Positions 33,901 through 35,086 of a stretch of 35,086 nt of DNA are shown here, one piece after another. The stretch is from Macrostomum lignano (Eukaryota). Numbering within the stretch: the stretch's first letter is position 1; each line of letters begins with the position of its first letter. The notes below the pieces were generated by a model that worked only from the letters and a program-made list of their open reading frames with translations, did no database searches and was not told the origin of the DNA. The translations under genes were made by a program, and so were the position numbers. Location: positions 1 through 35,086 of the forward strand of contig NIVC01004783.1 of NCBI GenBank assembly GCA_002269645.1. The letters are read 5' to 3'.

Positions 33901-35086
33901 GAACCGTTTGAAATTCGCCTACTAATGCTGGACCTGTGCTCTCGTCTGGTTGGCGTGCACAAGCTGCAAGTGCTGCTGGCCTGTACCCCTGGCCTGTTGT
34001 TGCAGCGCTACCTGACTCCCAGGCAGTCGGACGTCACCAGGCTATTATTATTCGCTGCCCAGGCTTCGCACAGTATGGTTCCGCCTGACTGTCTCGAGCC
34101 CATGGTTCGCACCATAGCTGACAACTTCGTGACTGATCGGGCCAGCGCCGAGGCTATCGCTGTTGGCCTGAACTCGATTAGAGAGATTTGCTCCAGGGCG
34201 CCCTACGCTGTCACCGAGGAGCTGCTTGGCGACCTTGTACAGTACAGATCCTATCGGGATAAGAATGTTAGCAGTGCGGCTAAGAGCTTGATCCAGCTGT
34301 ATAGGGAAGCTAATCCGCTATGCTGCACAGGCGAGATCGGGGTCGGCCTACTGCCGCTCAGGTGAGCACAGTTCTCCTTTTTGGTGTACTTTGGCATCTA
34401 GTTAGTATCTAGGGTTCGCAGGAGTTATAAAGGTAGCTGAAATGACTATCATAAGTTTAGAAGCCAAGCTTGCAGGCGTAAACAACTTGCTAATTGGTTC
34501 AGCAATAATGTACATTAGTCAGTCCACTGAGATGTACATGGCAGCTTTAGGCTGGCATTATGAGAAAGGCAATAAAATTGGGGCGGGGCGGGAGCTAGAG
34601 TGGAAAGGCGCGGTTGGAGGGTTTAAGCTGGGGGCGGGGGGAGTAAGAGCCAATAACTGAGCCTTGGCTTTAAAAATACATTAAAATGCTTCAGTTTAAC
34701 TTACTACTGAACTGAAAGTAGCTTACACGCAAATGTGCTGAGTGGCCCATCTTGCTCGTAGTTATTCTAGTATCTGGGGCCATAGCCGGTTTTCAGAGTT
34801 TCTAAAGCTGGTCATAACCGCTTGAACCGGTGCGCAACGCTATTAGGAAATTTGATTCAAATATTTTTATCTCACTACTACTCGCCAGTAAGCCATCTCT
34901 TATGCTGTTTTTTTTATGCAGGCGGAAGCGGCGGCTACCAGCGGCTCCGCCCTCGCTCAGTTCGGCCAGTCGGACGTCAAGGACTACTTGCCCGGCGCCG
35001 AGACCCTTGAACTCATGGATGGCGGCGAAGGCGGCAACGACGACGATGACTGGGGGGAAGAAGAAGAAGAAGACAGCGACGATGGC
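27999..35086 (+). CDS. SDAD1: Protein SDA1 homolog (pre-60S maturation/export factor), 3'-partial
   Basis: Exons 27999-28070 ([24 protein letters not shown]), 30976-31080, 31179-31277 (VSHCY..MDSEMRM), 31428-31610 ([30 protein letters not shown]), 32703-33152 ([35 protein letters not shown]), 33886-34361 ([27 protein letters not shown]), 34922-35086+ ([10 protein letters not shown]). These match the SDA1 family motif by motif. All junctions are GT-AG and phase 0. Local indels near 33970-34005 and 34317. Confidence 0.95.
28571..28718. mobile_element. Long inverted repeat, MITE-like hairpin in SDA1 intron 1
   Basis: 59-nt arms (28571-28629 and 28660-28718) with about 7 mismatches around a 30-nt loop; pairing extends to TTTGGGCA/TGCCCAAA (28554-28727). 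Confidence 0.7.
31885..32625 (+). repeat. 28-bp minisatellite (same family as 15625-16142), about 26 copies with a 172-bp higher-order duplication, SDA1 intron 4
   Basis: Same consensus unit; the blocks starting near 32041 and 32213 are identical over about 170 bp (identical ORFs at 32059 and 32231). Confidence 0.95.
33170..33615. repeat. 23-bp tandem repeat TCAGTTGAGTCACTCTTTGGGTG, about 19 copies, SDA1 intron 5
   Basis: Begins about 20 nt after the donor at 33153; most units contain TGAGTCA. Confidence 0.95.

Overview
Animal (metazoan) genomic DNA with GC-rich exons, GT-AG introns and many minisatellites. The style resembles a flatworm such as Macrostomum, but that is an unverified impression. 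Three protein genes can be reconstructed by hand. (1) An apparently intronless integrin alpha chain without an I-domain on the minus strand (ATG 3155, runs off the left edge), broken by at least 7 small frameshifts. (2) An apparently intact 15-exon LRRIQ1-like gene (LRR plus 3 IQ motifs, about 1747 aa) on the minus strand, 26441 to 13992. (3) SDA1/SDAD1 (60S ribosome biogenesis) on the plus strand from 27999, head-to-head with LRRIQ1 and running off the right edge. Non-coding DNA holds about a dozen distinct tandem arrays, a tRNA-derived CORE-type SINE, a decayed mariner transposon and two hairpin elements. The most interesting signals are all inferences needing tests. One 28-bp minisatellite lies in inverted orientation on both sides of a 231-nt, stop-free exon pair (circRNA or exon-skipping candidate) and again in an SDA1 intron. 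One 1.35-kb intron is built almost entirely of branch-point-like CTAAT units. Several intronic arrays multiply a transcription-factor motif (AP-1, E-box, NR5A/kB). Frameshifts cluster at the two window ends, which favours assembly indel errors over pseudogenisation.
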